Source: Nitrospirota bacterium (lineage in GTDB: Bacteria > Nitrospirota > UBA9217). From it: DNA of 64,000 nt. The stretch spans positions 416,001-480,000 of the forward strand of contig CAWIYV010000011.1 in the NCBI GenBank assembly GCA_963840455.1. The letters run 5' to 3'. Shown piece after piece: positions 40,397 to 49,771 of the stretch. The notes beneath the pieces are model-generated. The model saw only the letters and a program-made list of their open reading frames with translations, was not told where the DNA came from and searched no databases. The position numbers were made by a program, and so were the translations under genes. How positions within the stretch are numbered: position 1 is the stretch's first letter; each line of letters starts with the position of its first letter.

Positions 40397-41545
40397 TCAG
40401 GCCTGTTTTTTCCTCACCAGCTCGATGACCGTTACTTCCGGCGGCGCGAGGAAGCGGATGGGCGGGCCCCAGGTGCCGGTGCCTCGGCTCACGTAGATGA
40501 TCGACCCCTTGCCGAGGTCGTATCGACCTGCGTGGAGCGGGTGGGCGCGCTGACTGAAGTAGCTGAAAGGCCAGATCTGGCCTTTATGCGTGTGACCGGA
40601 GAGCATGAGGTCGTACATGCCGATGGCATCGGGGTCCGGATGAGGCTGGTGCTTCAGGAAGAGAACGAACTTCTTGGACCGGTCGGTCTTTGCCAAAGCA
40701 ACGCGGTCAGGCGCAGGCGTCCCTGTCTTCGTCTGGACGGCTGCACGGTCGTCAACGCCGGCGATCTGGATGACGCCCAGGTCCCTTGACTCGCCCCGCA
40801 GCATGGTGAAGCCCCGAGTGCTGGATGAACTCGATCGCCTTGTCAAGGCCAGCATAGTACTCGTGGTTCCCGGTGATGGCGAACTTGCCGTACCGCGGCA
40901 GGCATCTCCTGTAGAAGTTCGCGCAGGCCCGGCAAGTGGTTGATCTGCGCGTCCACCAGGTCGCCGGTAACGACGAAGATGTCCGGCTTGGCCGCTTTCA
41001 CTGTCTCGAGCATAGCAACCAGCCGGTCGCATCGCACGATGAGGCCGAGATGGACGTCCGATATCTGGGCGATCGTGAGCCTTGTCCGTGCCCTTCGGCA
41101 AGCGATCCGTCTCGAACACAAGCCGCTCGGTCCGGATGTTCTGAGCGTCAAAGTAGCCGTAGACGCAGATGAGGAGCGAGAGCGCGAGCGAAACAGCGAA
41201 AGTGAAGCGCGGCTGCAGGGGCCTGATGAACACACCCGGGATGCCGAGCCAGGCCGGGACCCGGAGGAGCAGGTTCGCGATATCGAAGGCGAGGGAGCCG
41301 CAGAAGTAGAGGAAGATCGCCGCCATCCAGAGGTAGGTGACCCACGAAAGGGTCCGGGCGGTGAGCTCGAAATCGTGGCGTTCGAGCGTGCGGATCAGGA
41401 AGATCGCACCGACCATGGCGAGCATGAACAGGGCGAGCAGGGCGCCCGCTGCCCATCCGAACCCGAGTGCCTGCCGGGCCTTCAGGAAGGCATACACATG
41501 CACGCCGCCATAGACAAAAAAGATGAAGAAAAAGAACAGGGTCAT
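40397..41545 (-). pseudogene. Membrane-anchored metallophosphoesterase (YkuE/YaeI-like) with three +1 frameshifts; pseudogene or sequence error
   Basis: ISDVHLG/TGDLVD, GNHE and LSGHTH..RGTG motifs lie in three different frames. Confidence 0.8.
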
Positions 41546-42621
41546 CTGCCGAAGCTCACTCCGATGCCTTCCGACATCCTGACAAGGTCGCCGTTGGGGT
41601 CCACGAGTCGAAGCTGGTCAATCGCGCTCGCAAGCGGTACTGATTTGATGTCCGGCGGCTGGTAGGAGACCATCTGACCGTACTGTTTCTGCGCGAGCAG
41701 CTCGACCGCGGCCGCGCCGTAACGCGTGGCGAGGAGCCGGTCGAAGGGGCACGGGCTTCCGCCGCGCTGCAGGTGTCCGAGGACGGTGACGCGCACATCG
41801 AACCCGGTGCGTTTGCCGATCTCCCGTCCGACAATGTCGCCCATGCCGCCCAGCCGCAGCGCATAGCCGTCTGCCGCCTTCTCGAGCACCGACATCTGGC
41901 CGCCCACGGGCTTTGCGCCCTCGGCCACGACCACGATGCTCGACTTGCTCCCGCTCTTCTTGCGCTCGAGCAGTTTCTCCGCCACCTTCTCCATGCTGAA
42001 AGGGATCTCGGGGATCAGGATCACGTCGGCGCTGCCGGCGATGCCGGCCTCCAGGGCGATCCAGCCCGCGTACCTGCCCATCAGCTCGAGCACGATCACC
42101 CGCTGGTGGCTCTCGGCCGTGGTGTGCAGCTTGTCGAGCGCCTCGGTCGCCGTGTCCACGGCGGTCTGGAACCCGAAGGTGACGAATGTGGCGTCAAGGT
42201 CGTTGTCGATCGTCTTGGGAACGCCGATGACCGGCACGCCGAGCTTGTGCAGGCCGTTGCCGATCTTGAGCGAGCCGTCGCCGCCGATCACCACGAGGGC
42301 ATCGAGGCCCAGCTCTTGGATATTGGCGAGGACGAGGGGCGACATATCCTCGGTGATCTCCTTGCCGTTGACCACGGTCTTGTGGGCGAAAGGATTGCCG
42401 CGGTTCGTCGTGCCGAGGATGGTGCCGCCGACGAAGAGGATGCCACGGGTGTTCCATGACGTAAGCTGCCGCGTCTTGGTCGGCGAGAGAAGGCCCTCGA
42501 ACCCGTCAATGATGCCCGTCACCTCCCAACCGTACTTGAAGATGGCGGTTTTCGTGACCGCACGGATGACCGCGTTCAGCCCCGGTGCATCGCCCCCGCC
42601 TGAAAGAACGCCGATACGCAT
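41542..42621 (-). CDS. pfkA: 6-phosphofructokinase
   Basis: GGGDAPG, GGDGS, PKTIDND, ELMGR and LGHLQRGG. Confidence 0.95.
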   Translation of the reverse strand: MRIGVLSGGGDAPGLNAVIRAVTKTAIFKYGWEVTGIIDGFEGLLSPTKTRQLTSWNTRGILFVGGTILGTTNRGNPFAHKTVVNGKEITEDMSPLVLANIQELGLDALVVIGGDGSLKIGNGLHKLGVPVIGVPKTIDNDLDATFVTFGFQTAVDTATEALDKLHTTAESHQRVIVLELMGRYAGWIALEAGIAGSADVILIPEIPFSMEKVAEKLLERKKSGSKSSIVVVAEGAKPVGGQMSVLEKAADGYALRLGGMGDIVGREIGKRTGFDVRVTVLGHLQRGGSPCPFDRLLATRYGAAAVELLAQKQYGQMVSYQPPDIKSVPLASAIDQLRLVDPNGDLVRMSEGIGVSFGR

Positions 42622-42723
42622 GAGAACCTCCTGGGAAAAGACAAAGTACCGAGTCCCGGATCAGGACCATGAAACTGCAACCGGTCACTCCCTGACGCAT
42701 GCCCCTCGCTCCATGACCGGATC

Positions 42724-43569
42724 CTACAGTTGCAACAGCGCCCTGCCGCCTTCGCAGGCGATCCGCTCGACAGTATCCGCCGGGATGCCGGCCCCGCGGA
42801 AAAGTGCAAGCTCATCGTCATAATAGCCCCGGTAGCGTCGGTCCGGAAGAACGCAGTCCGTGCCGACCGCAAGGGGCACACCGGCGCGGAATGCTTTTCC
42901 GATCATGACGAGATGGCGGTCGATCTCCTGCTGAATGAAAGCCAAGACCTCGGTCCGAGCCTCCGCCCGCTCCGCTGCCCGTCGCAGGGCCCCTGCCGTC
43001 GGGACCCAGAATATCTTGCGCACCGCAAGGATATCAAGTGCCGCATCGGTCATGAAGAAACCGTGTTCGATGGAGCGGACGCCGGCCTCGGCAGCAGCTC
43101 GGATCGCCGCTTCGCCGTTCGCATGGGCCATCACCGACAAGCCATGCTTGCCGGCTTCCGCAACGAGGAATCGGATCTCGTCCGCGCCGAAGCCGCCGGC
43201 AGTGACCGTACCCGGCAGTTCGAAGCTCACCATTCCCGAGGCGATGATCTTAATTATATCAGCGCCGTCGTTCCTGAGCTTGAGTATTTCCGCGGCGATC
43301 TCCTGCCGCGTCCCGACCGGCGTGCCGAGGAACCCGCCATACCCTCCAGGCTTCGAAAGCGCCCGGCCGGAAGTGATGATCCGGGGAGGACTCCCCTGCC
43401 CCGGCGATCGCTTCAGCGCAAGACCGATCCCCTGGCGGGTGCCGGCATCGCGGACCGCAGCTATGCCTGCGCGGGCAAGGTCCGGAAGCGCTTCGGCATG
43501 AGTGAGATGCACGTGAGCATCGACGTAGCCGGCTCCGCTGCTTGTCTGCCTTGGATTTCCGTTGGACAA
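42724..43569 (-). CDS. Compact metal-dependent amidohydrolase
   Basis: DAHVH, IKIIA, MAHA, SIEHG and GTD. Confidence 0.85.
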   Translation of the reverse strand: MSNGNPRQTSSGAGYVDAHVHLTHAEALPDLARAGIAAVRDAGTRQGIGLALKRSPGQGSPPRIITSGRALSKPGGYGGFLGTPVGTRQEIAAEILKLRNDGADIIKIIASGMVSFELPGTVTAGGFGADEIRFLVAEAGKHGLSVMAHANGEAAIRAAAEAGVRSIEHGFFMTDAALDILAVRKIFWVPTAGALRRAAERAEARTEVLAFIQQEIDRHLVMIGKAFRAGVPLAVGTDCVLPDRRYRGYYDDELALFRGAGIPADTVERIACEGGRALLQL

Positions 43570-43594
43570 TGAAGGGATGGTTCTCTCCCGTCAG

Positions 43595-45154
43595 CTAAAA
43601 ATAGGCTGTCAGTCTGAACCCGACCTGATAATAATTGTACCCCGCAACCGCCCCGCCGGCGTAGTTGCCACCCTCGACGTAGATCTCGAATGCCGTGCAC
43701 TTCTTCATCGTCCAGCCCGCTGAGGCGAAGAGGCTGTAGAAGGTATCACTGACCCTGTCCCCGAACCGCGTGTATGACTGGTATCCGACCGACGGCTCCA
43801 GAAAGGCATAGTATCCGTTCTTCTCAGCGTATAGGGATGCATAGACCTGGTGGGAGGTGAAGTCTTCAGGATCGAAATACCCGCTCCCGCTCTGACGCCT
43901 GAAGTCCAGGTACCGGAACCGGTAGCCGGCGGCGATCTTCGGCGACAAGAGCGTGACCGCATATTTCGCGCCCAGCCATAGGTCCTCTGAGTTATTTCCA
44001 TCCGAGAAGCCTGAATAGATAAAGCGCTCAGTGAACGAAAGCCGCGGGGACACCGTTTCGGACAGGCTGAGCGTCCCGCTCGTCCGCGTGATCCGGTTCT
44101 CGATGAGCTGCGCCGTATCCGTGAGCATTTCCCTCGATGCGCTCACGCCGATGGCGCCCCAGGCCGTGTCCGACTGGGCCCTGGCCAGGCCGGTGACCAG
44201 GTTCCCGCCGCCGGTCTTGCTTATGCCCATCCCCGCGCCGGTGTCGAACCTGCCGACCTTCGCATGGGCCGTGATCCCGATATCTTCGGCGTTCTCGTGC
44301 CGCACGGGGTCCTTCGCATCCGTCAGCCGGTATGCAAGCTCTGTGTCCCAGCGTCCGGCCCGGAAGCCGTAAACAAGCGCGGCTCGGTTCACGGTATTCT
44401 TGTCGGAGTCATAATAATAGCTGTACGGAACGCTCAGATGCCATGTCTGTACGCCGCAGAGAGCGTCAGAGAACCGTGCCAGCTCTTTTTCCTGATAGGG
44501 ATACGCCGGTTTCAATGGCGCGCTGATCTCTTTCGCGGCCCCCTTCTCACCGGCACCGAGATGGGCATAGGCGAGGCCGATCCGTGCGTCGAAGTTCTCA
44601 CCCTGGGCAAGCGCTTTCTCATAGACCGGGATCGATGCCCTGGCGTCACCCCGCCATCTCAGCACGTTCGCCTTCACCAGCAGCGCGTCCTGATTCTCCG
44701 GGTACCTGTTCAGCACCCTGTCCGCTTCCGTCTCGGCCTCCTGCAGCTTGTCCGACCACGACAGCACCTTTGCGAGGTGAATGCGGGCATCGCGGTCATC
44801 CGGATCCTCGGCGAGGATCGACCGGAGGACCGTTGCCGCGTCATCGAAGCGGTCCGCCCAGGAGATCGCGATCGCCATCTGCAGACGCTCACGCATCGTG
44901 AAGGTTGACGGAGCAAGGGCGAGTGCCTGGAGGAACTCGGCGGCGGCCCGTGGATAATCCTCCTGTGCTGCGTACAGGTCCCCAAGCTCCTTTCTGAGGA
45001 CCGCCTCTTCCTTTTTGTCCGTCGCCCCGCTGATGGCCTTTTGGTATGACTCTATCGTCCCGGCCCCGCCGCTCCCCTCTGCCCGCGCGGCGGGCGGCAG
45101 GGCGCAGCAGATGCCGAGCAGAATACCGGCTGCCGCGATCCTTGTCCTGTTCAT
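43595..45154 (-). CDS. TPR + outer-membrane beta-barrel export protein (PgaA/YaiO-like architecture)
   Basis: Signal peptide, multiple TPRs, amphipathic beta-strands and a terminal Phe (GFRLTAYF). ATGA overlap with the upstream gene. Confidence 0.8.
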   Translation of the reverse strand: MNRTRIAAAGILLGICCALPPAARAEGSGGAGTIESYQKAISGATDKKEEAVLRKELGDLYAAQEDYPRAAAEFLQALALAPSTFTMRERLQMAIAISWADRFDDAATVLRSILAEDPDDRDARIHLAKVLSWSDKLQEAETEADRVLNRYPENQDALLVKANVLRWRGDARASIPVYEKALAQGENFDARIGLAYAHLGAGEKGAAKEISAPLKPAYPYQEKELARFSDALCGVQTWHLSVPYSYYYDSDKNTVNRAALVYGFRAGRWDTELAYRLTDAKDPVRHENAEDIGITAHAKVGRFDTGAGMGISKTGGGNLVTGLARAQSDTAWGAIGVSASREMLTDTAQLIENRITRTSGTLSLSETVSPRLSFTERFIYSGFSDGNNSEDLWLGAKYAVTLLSPKIAAGYRFRYLDFRRQSGSGYFDPEDFTSHQVYASLYAEKNGYYAFLEPSVGYQSYTRFGDRVSDTFYSLFASAGWTMKKCTAFEIYVEGGNYAGGAVAGYNYYQVGFRLTAYF

Positions 45155-45933
45155 GTTCTTCTCTCGATATGGTTCCGGAATGCAAGGAGATCGGCGTCGT
45201 GATTCACCGACCACCGGGGGACAGCGGAGCGATCGCCGCCTCTCTCGAGATATCCCCTGTTCGAGGTGAGGAGATAACGAAACCCCTCCTGCTTCGCGAT
45301 CTCGATGCTCGTGCTGTCGTATCTCCCGTAGGGCCACGCGAGCACGGTCGCCGGGCGGCCCAGTTCCCGGCGGTAGCGGTCCTGGAATGCGGCAAGGTCC
45401 TTCCCCAGTTTTTCATTGAACGCGGCAAGGGTGAGCGCCGGCGAGGACCCTCTTCCCCATACATGCAGGGCGTTGGTATGACACCCGATCTCCACGAGGC
45501 CGCTCTTCACGAGGAACCGGCATTCGTCCCAGCTCAGGCTCGGATCATGGCTGCTCGCGACGCTATCCACCTGGTTCCCGATGACCGTGACGGTCGCCTT
45601 GAACCTGTACTCTGCGAGCAGCGGGAACGCGTGGTCCATGAACGATGCCGGGCCATCGTCGAATGTAATGATCACGGCCCGCCCGGCACGGTCCACGTCA
45701 AGGGAGTCGATCTCTTCGAATGAGACGGCTCGGTACCCCATGCCATAGAGCCACTCCATCTGGGATGCAAAGGCCGACGGCATGACCGTTTCCTCTTCGC
45801 CCGGATGGATGGAGAGATCGTGGTACAGCAGCACGGGGATCCGCACCGCCTGCGCCTGTCCGTGCCTGGGGACGGCAAGCGACAGGACAGCCGCGCCGCT
45901 GAACTTCAGGAACTGTCTGCGTGTCAGGTTCAA
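45151..45933 (-). CDS. Tat-exported polysaccharide deacetylase (CE4, PgaB/IcaB-like)
   Basis: TRRQFLK signal, PVLLYH, ITFDDG, HT..LH and AWPYG. Confidence 0.92.
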   Translation of the reverse strand: MNLTRRQFLKFSGAAVLSLAVPRHGQAQAVRIPVLLYHDLSIHPGEEETVMPSAFASQMEWLYGMGYRAVSFEEIDSLDVDRAGRAVIITFDDGPASFMDHAFPLLAEYRFKATVTVIGNQVDSVASSHDPSLSWDECRFLVKSGLVEIGCHTNALHVWGRGSSPALTLAAFNEKLGKDLAAFQDRYRRELGRPATVLAWPYGRYDSTSIEIAKQEGFRYLLTSNRGYLERGGDRSAVPRWSVNHDADLLAFRNHIERRT

Positions 45934-48341
45934 CGTCCCTCCGGGATCCTCTTGAGGATCTTCTGATAGCGGAAGTAGCTTTCCTTCAGGAAGGTGTGGT
46001 AGAGAGGCGTCTCCCAGCCCTCCCAGGAATAGGACCTGATCGTCGATGCCGTGAGCTCGGCGGGAAGACTGTCGGCATGATTCTGGAGCATCCCCGTCCG
46101 GCGGGCCGTCACCCCGGCGTCATCCGGTTTGTACGAGACCGCCAGCACCCGGATGCCCTTTGTCCTTCTGGTCGTTCCATTCCGGTCCTTCCACAGGACC
46201 CGCTTCGAACTGGGATCGGTGATGTTGATGAGCCCCCAGGGGATGCGGAGCTCGATCGTCCGATCGCGGAAAAAGAAGTCCGCAAGGGAATGGTAGTCCG
46301 GGCTTTTCGAATCAAGGGTCCCGAACGTCAGCCTGCTCATCGAAAAATGGCGCGCCGGAAAGATGCGCTTCCCGTCCCTGCTGCTCCTCCTGATGTTCGG
46401 CTCATTCTGCATCATCACCCACGCCCCCTGGTCCGACTCACCGGGTGTGATCACTCCCGTATTCCCGTTCAGGTATTTATCATAGGACGCTGTCGTCAGG
46501 ATCCTGCTCCGCTCCTTCCCCGCCACGTGGATGAGGAACGTGAGGCCGACCGGGCTCATGACGTTCATACCGAAGGGGATCATCCGCTCCCCGGCCCCCG
46601 CCGAGCACGTGTCAAGCCCGATCAGGAAGTTCGCGCGGGTAAAATCGATCGCCCGGGCGGTCTCGAGCAGGATATAGAGAAAGCCCTCGTCATGCTGGAC
46701 ACACAGCCGCGTCAGTCTTCTCGCGCCGTCTGCGCCGTCAGGGAACTGGAAGGCCATGGTGTCCTCTTTTTTTTCGTACAGCACCACGGCGCTGGACCAG
46801 TCATCGCTCCGGCAGGCAAGTCTTACCTTCTTCCCCGGATAGCCGGGGTACGCCGCGAGAAGTCCGTAGTTCTGTTCAGGGTCCTGGAGATTGAACCAGT
46901 ACGGTTTTCGTTCAGCCGGAAGCTCATAGGGCAGGAACACCCAGTTCTTCTTGAACCACTCGTCGGACCAGCTGAACAGGATCCCGCCTGCCATGCCGGC
47001 CTTGTGGATCGCCCGCATCATCAGCCCGTTGATCTCGCCCTGCTCCCGGTCGCTGTGCCCCCCCTGATGCCAGCCGCCGCGATGCCAGTGCGCCGCTTCC
47101 CTGCTGCTGGGGACGCCGAATTCGGCGATCAGGACCGGTTGCCTCCCGTGGTATTCCTTCAATGCCGTGAGATAGGCGAGGTACGCGTTCTCCCGGTCCG
47201 GATAGTCATTGTTCATGAAATCGGGATAATAAGGGTACACATGGTACAGAGCAAAGAACCCGCTTCCGCTGTGCGATCTGATTTTTGTAAGATCAAGGGT
47301 CTCCGCATCTTCAATGGGCACACGGTCGCAGGCGGCCTGGTCGCTCTGCGGCCCCTGCGTCGGTGCTGCGGAAACATCCGCGTACGTCGATTCCGAGGGG
47401 TGTTCGAGAGGGTCAAGGGTCGGCCAATTGACGGTCGTGACGGGATGCGACAGGTGATACCGCTCATGTTCATAACGCTGCAGGAAATCACACATCTCCG
47501 TGATCCACACCTCGAACGGCGTGCCGTTCTGAATGCTCAGGAACGTCCCCTGATGACCGCTGACCCGCCTCCGATGAAGCTCGTTGAACCCTTTCACCGC
47601 ACAGGTCTCCCACTCCCTGCCCAGGATGAACCCCGCGACGTATGGTGAAACATCGAATGCATACGTGCCGTGAGCATGTCCCGGCCGCTCCGGCAGGACA
47701 GCGTTCCCGTACAGCACGTCCACAGCGTTCCTGATCTCGCTCCTGAGGCCCTCGAGGAACCGGCTGTCCCTGAAATCATTCCGCTCCGGCAGCTCGGTCC
47801 ATACTTCCTGGAAGAGATACAGTTTCCTCCCGGATGCGTTGAAGAGCGAGAGCGCCTCGTAGAAATCCGGCGGCAGGATCGTGTAGATCCTGACCGCATT
47901 AGCGCCGAGCTCGGATATCTGGGTGAACCATTTTTGATACGTCTTCTTTTTCACGGCGTACTCGCCGGGAAAATTTCCGGGCAGGCCGAGCCCGATGTTC
48001 ACACCCTTGACAAAGAACTTTTTCCAGACCCCGTCATGGACCTCCAGATGGTCCCTGACGGCCCGGAACGCGGCCCCCCTCATTGACACAGGCGTCTGCT
48101 GTTTCGATCGCTCGATGCGGCCAAGGTAATCCAGCGCGCGTGCGTGATGCCGCTCCAGTTCGAGCGCCTGGTAGAATGCCCACCTGGCCGTGGGAAGATC
48201 GCCCAGATGGTAGTGCGCGAGACCGAAGCCGAAGAACGTGTCGGCCTCCTTCCGCTGTTCGAGGGCCCGTTTGAAGATATTAACGGCCTCCTGATCATCG
48301 CCGCGCTCGATGGCGAGAAATCCGAGCTCCTGGGTGTTCAT
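45930..48341 (-). CDS. TPR + clan GH-A-like TIM-barrel glycoside hydrolase
   Basis: N-terminal TPRs, KGVNIG, GANAVRIYT, GREWE, YHVYPYYP, AEFGVP and FSWSDEWFK. Confidence 0.78.
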   Translation of the reverse strand: MNTQELGFLAIERGDDQEAVNIFKRALEQRKEADTFFGFGLAHYHLGDLPTARWAFYQALELERHHARALDYLGRIERSKQQTPVSMRGAAFRAVRDHLEVHDGVWKKFFVKGVNIGLGLPGNFPGEYAVKKKTYQKWFTQISELGANAVRIYTILPPDFYEALSLFNASGRKLYLFQEVWTELPERNDFRDSRFLEGLRSEIRNAVDVLYGNAVLPERPGHAHGTYAFDVSPYVAGFILGREWETCAVKGFNELHRRRVSGHQGTFLSIQNGTPFEVWITEMCDFLQRYEHERYHLSHPVTTVNWPTLDPLEHPSESTYADVSAAPTQGPQSDQAACDRVPIEDAETLDLTKIRSHSGSGFFALYHVYPYYPDFMNNDYPDRENAYLAYLTALKEYHGRQPVLIAEFGVPSSREAAHWHRGGWHQGGHSDREQGEINGLMMRAIHKAGMAGGILFSWSDEWFKKNWVFLPYELPAERKPYWFNLQDPEQNYGLLAAYPGYPGKKVRLACRSDDWSSAVVLYEKKEDTMAFQFPDGADGARRLTRLCVQHDEGFLYILLETARAIDFTRANFLIGLDTCSAGAGERMIPFGMNVMSPVGLTFLIHVAGKERSRILTTASYDKYLNGNTGVITPGESDQGAWVMMQNEPNIRRSSRDGKRIFPARHFSMSRLTFGTLDSKSPDYHSLADFFFRDRTIELRIPWGLINITDPSSKRVLWKDRNGTTRRTKGIRVLAVSYKPDDAGVTARRTGMLQNHADSLPAELTASTIRSYSWEGWETPLYHTFLKESYFRYQKILKRIPEGR

Positions 48342-49771
48342 CGCTTTTCGCCCTTCGGGCCGGACCGTGACCCCTTGTTCTCAACGTGTTCCCACCCCGT
48401 TCGTCCGGTCAGATATCTGACCATTGCCTGCAGTCTCCAGAACGAGTTGATCTGACGATAGCCGAAGTTCTCGAACACGCCGTAGAGCAGGAGCCGGAAC
48501 ATATGACCCCACGCTGGGTACCGCCGGTAGGTGAGCTCTTCGAGAAATATCCCCGCGGTCGAAAGGAAGATGCCGTAGAAAATGGCGAGCGTGATGAAAA
48601 GCATGAAGAACTTGAAGGCAAGGAGCCCCACGGCATAGGAGAGCAGCACAACGATGTATCCCAGGATCTCGATGAACGGCCCGATGATCTCGAACAATAC
48701 GTAGTAGGGCATCACGAGCATGCCGATCGTGCCGTAGCGCGGATTGAAGATCATCTCGCGGTTGTGGAAGAGGCTCTGGATCAGCCCGAGATGCCACCGC
48801 CGCCGCTGCCGGGCGAGCATCTTCATGTTCTCCGGCACCTCGGTCCAGCAGATGGGGTCCGAGATAAACCGTATCCGATACGGCTTCTTCTGGCTCCGCC
48901 TGACCTTATGGAGCCGGACGATCACTTCCATGTCCTCCGATACGTTGCCGACCTTGAAGCCTCCCGCCTCGATGACGGTCGCCTTATGGAAGAGCGAAAA
49001 TGTTCCGGAGATGATCAGCAGCGAGTTCAGTGCGTCCCACCCGACCCGTCCATAGAGGAACCCCCGGAGGTATTCGACGATCTGGAAGAGGATGATGGGT
49101 TTGTCCGGCAGGTCGATCTTCCTGATCGTAAGATCGTCCCCGAGCTGTACGCCGTTCAGAACGCGCACCACGCCACCGCACGCGATGACGGGAACGCCGC
49201 TTTCGAGTACGGGGGTCATGAGCCTGATGAGCGCGTCCTTCTCCAGGAGGGAGTCGGCATCGACCGAGCAGAAATAGGGGCTCAGCGATCCGTTGATGCC
49301 GCAGTTCAGGGCGTCGGCTTTGCCGCCCCGCACCTTGTCGATGACGAGGAGGTTCGGCGTCTCGTCGCTGTAGTAGAAACCTCTCACCGTTTCCGTCTTC
49401 AGGAAGTTCCGGTAAACGCGGTCGATCTTCTTCAGCCGGAAGGTGTCGATCACCGTCCGTAGCGTGCCATCATTGGAGCCGTCGTTGATAAGGATCACCT
49501 CGAACAGGGGATAATCGATGAGCAGCGCGGCCCGTATGCTTCGGATGACGACCTTCTCTTCGTTATAGACCGGCATCAGGATCGAGACCGGAGGGGTCTC
49601 GGGAGAGGCGCGGAAGTCCCTGATCGGAGAATATTTGACCCGGTGAATATGCCGGAGGATGGCGAAGAGAGAAATGATCAGGAGGCCGGCGTAGACCGTA
49701 TTCATGATGCCGAAGTAGGCGCCGACGAAGTAATTGAACCCAATGACGAAATAGATGATAGCTGTTCTCAT
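48338..49771 (-). CDS. Processive GT2 glycosyltransferase (PgaC/IcaA/NodC-like)
   Basis: PVYNEE, NDGS, GKADALN, VDADS, SEDME, QRRRW and flanking TM helices. Confidence 0.94.
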   Translation of the reverse strand: MRTAIIYFVIGFNYFVGAYFGIMNTVYAGLLIISLFAILRHIHRVKYSPIRDFRASPETPPVSILMPVYNEEKVVIRSIRAALLIDYPLFEVILINDGSNDGTLRTVIDTFRLKKIDRVYRNFLKTETVRGFYYSDETPNLLVIDKVRGGKADALNCGINGSLSPYFCSVDADSLLEKDALIRLMTPVLESGVPVIACGGVVRVLNGVQLGDDLTIRKIDLPDKPIILFQIVEYLRGFLYGRVGWDALNSLLIISGTFSLFHKATVIEAGGFKVGNVSEDMEVIVRLHKVRRSQKKPYRIRFISDPICWTEVPENMKMLARQRRRWHLGLIQSLFHNREMIFNPRYGTIGMLVMPYYVLFEIIGPFIEILGYIVVLLSYAVGLLAFKFFMLFITLAIFYGIFLSTAGIFLEELTYRRYPAWGHMFRLLLYGVFENFGYRQINSFWRLQAMVRYLTGRTGWEHVENKGSRSGPKGEKR

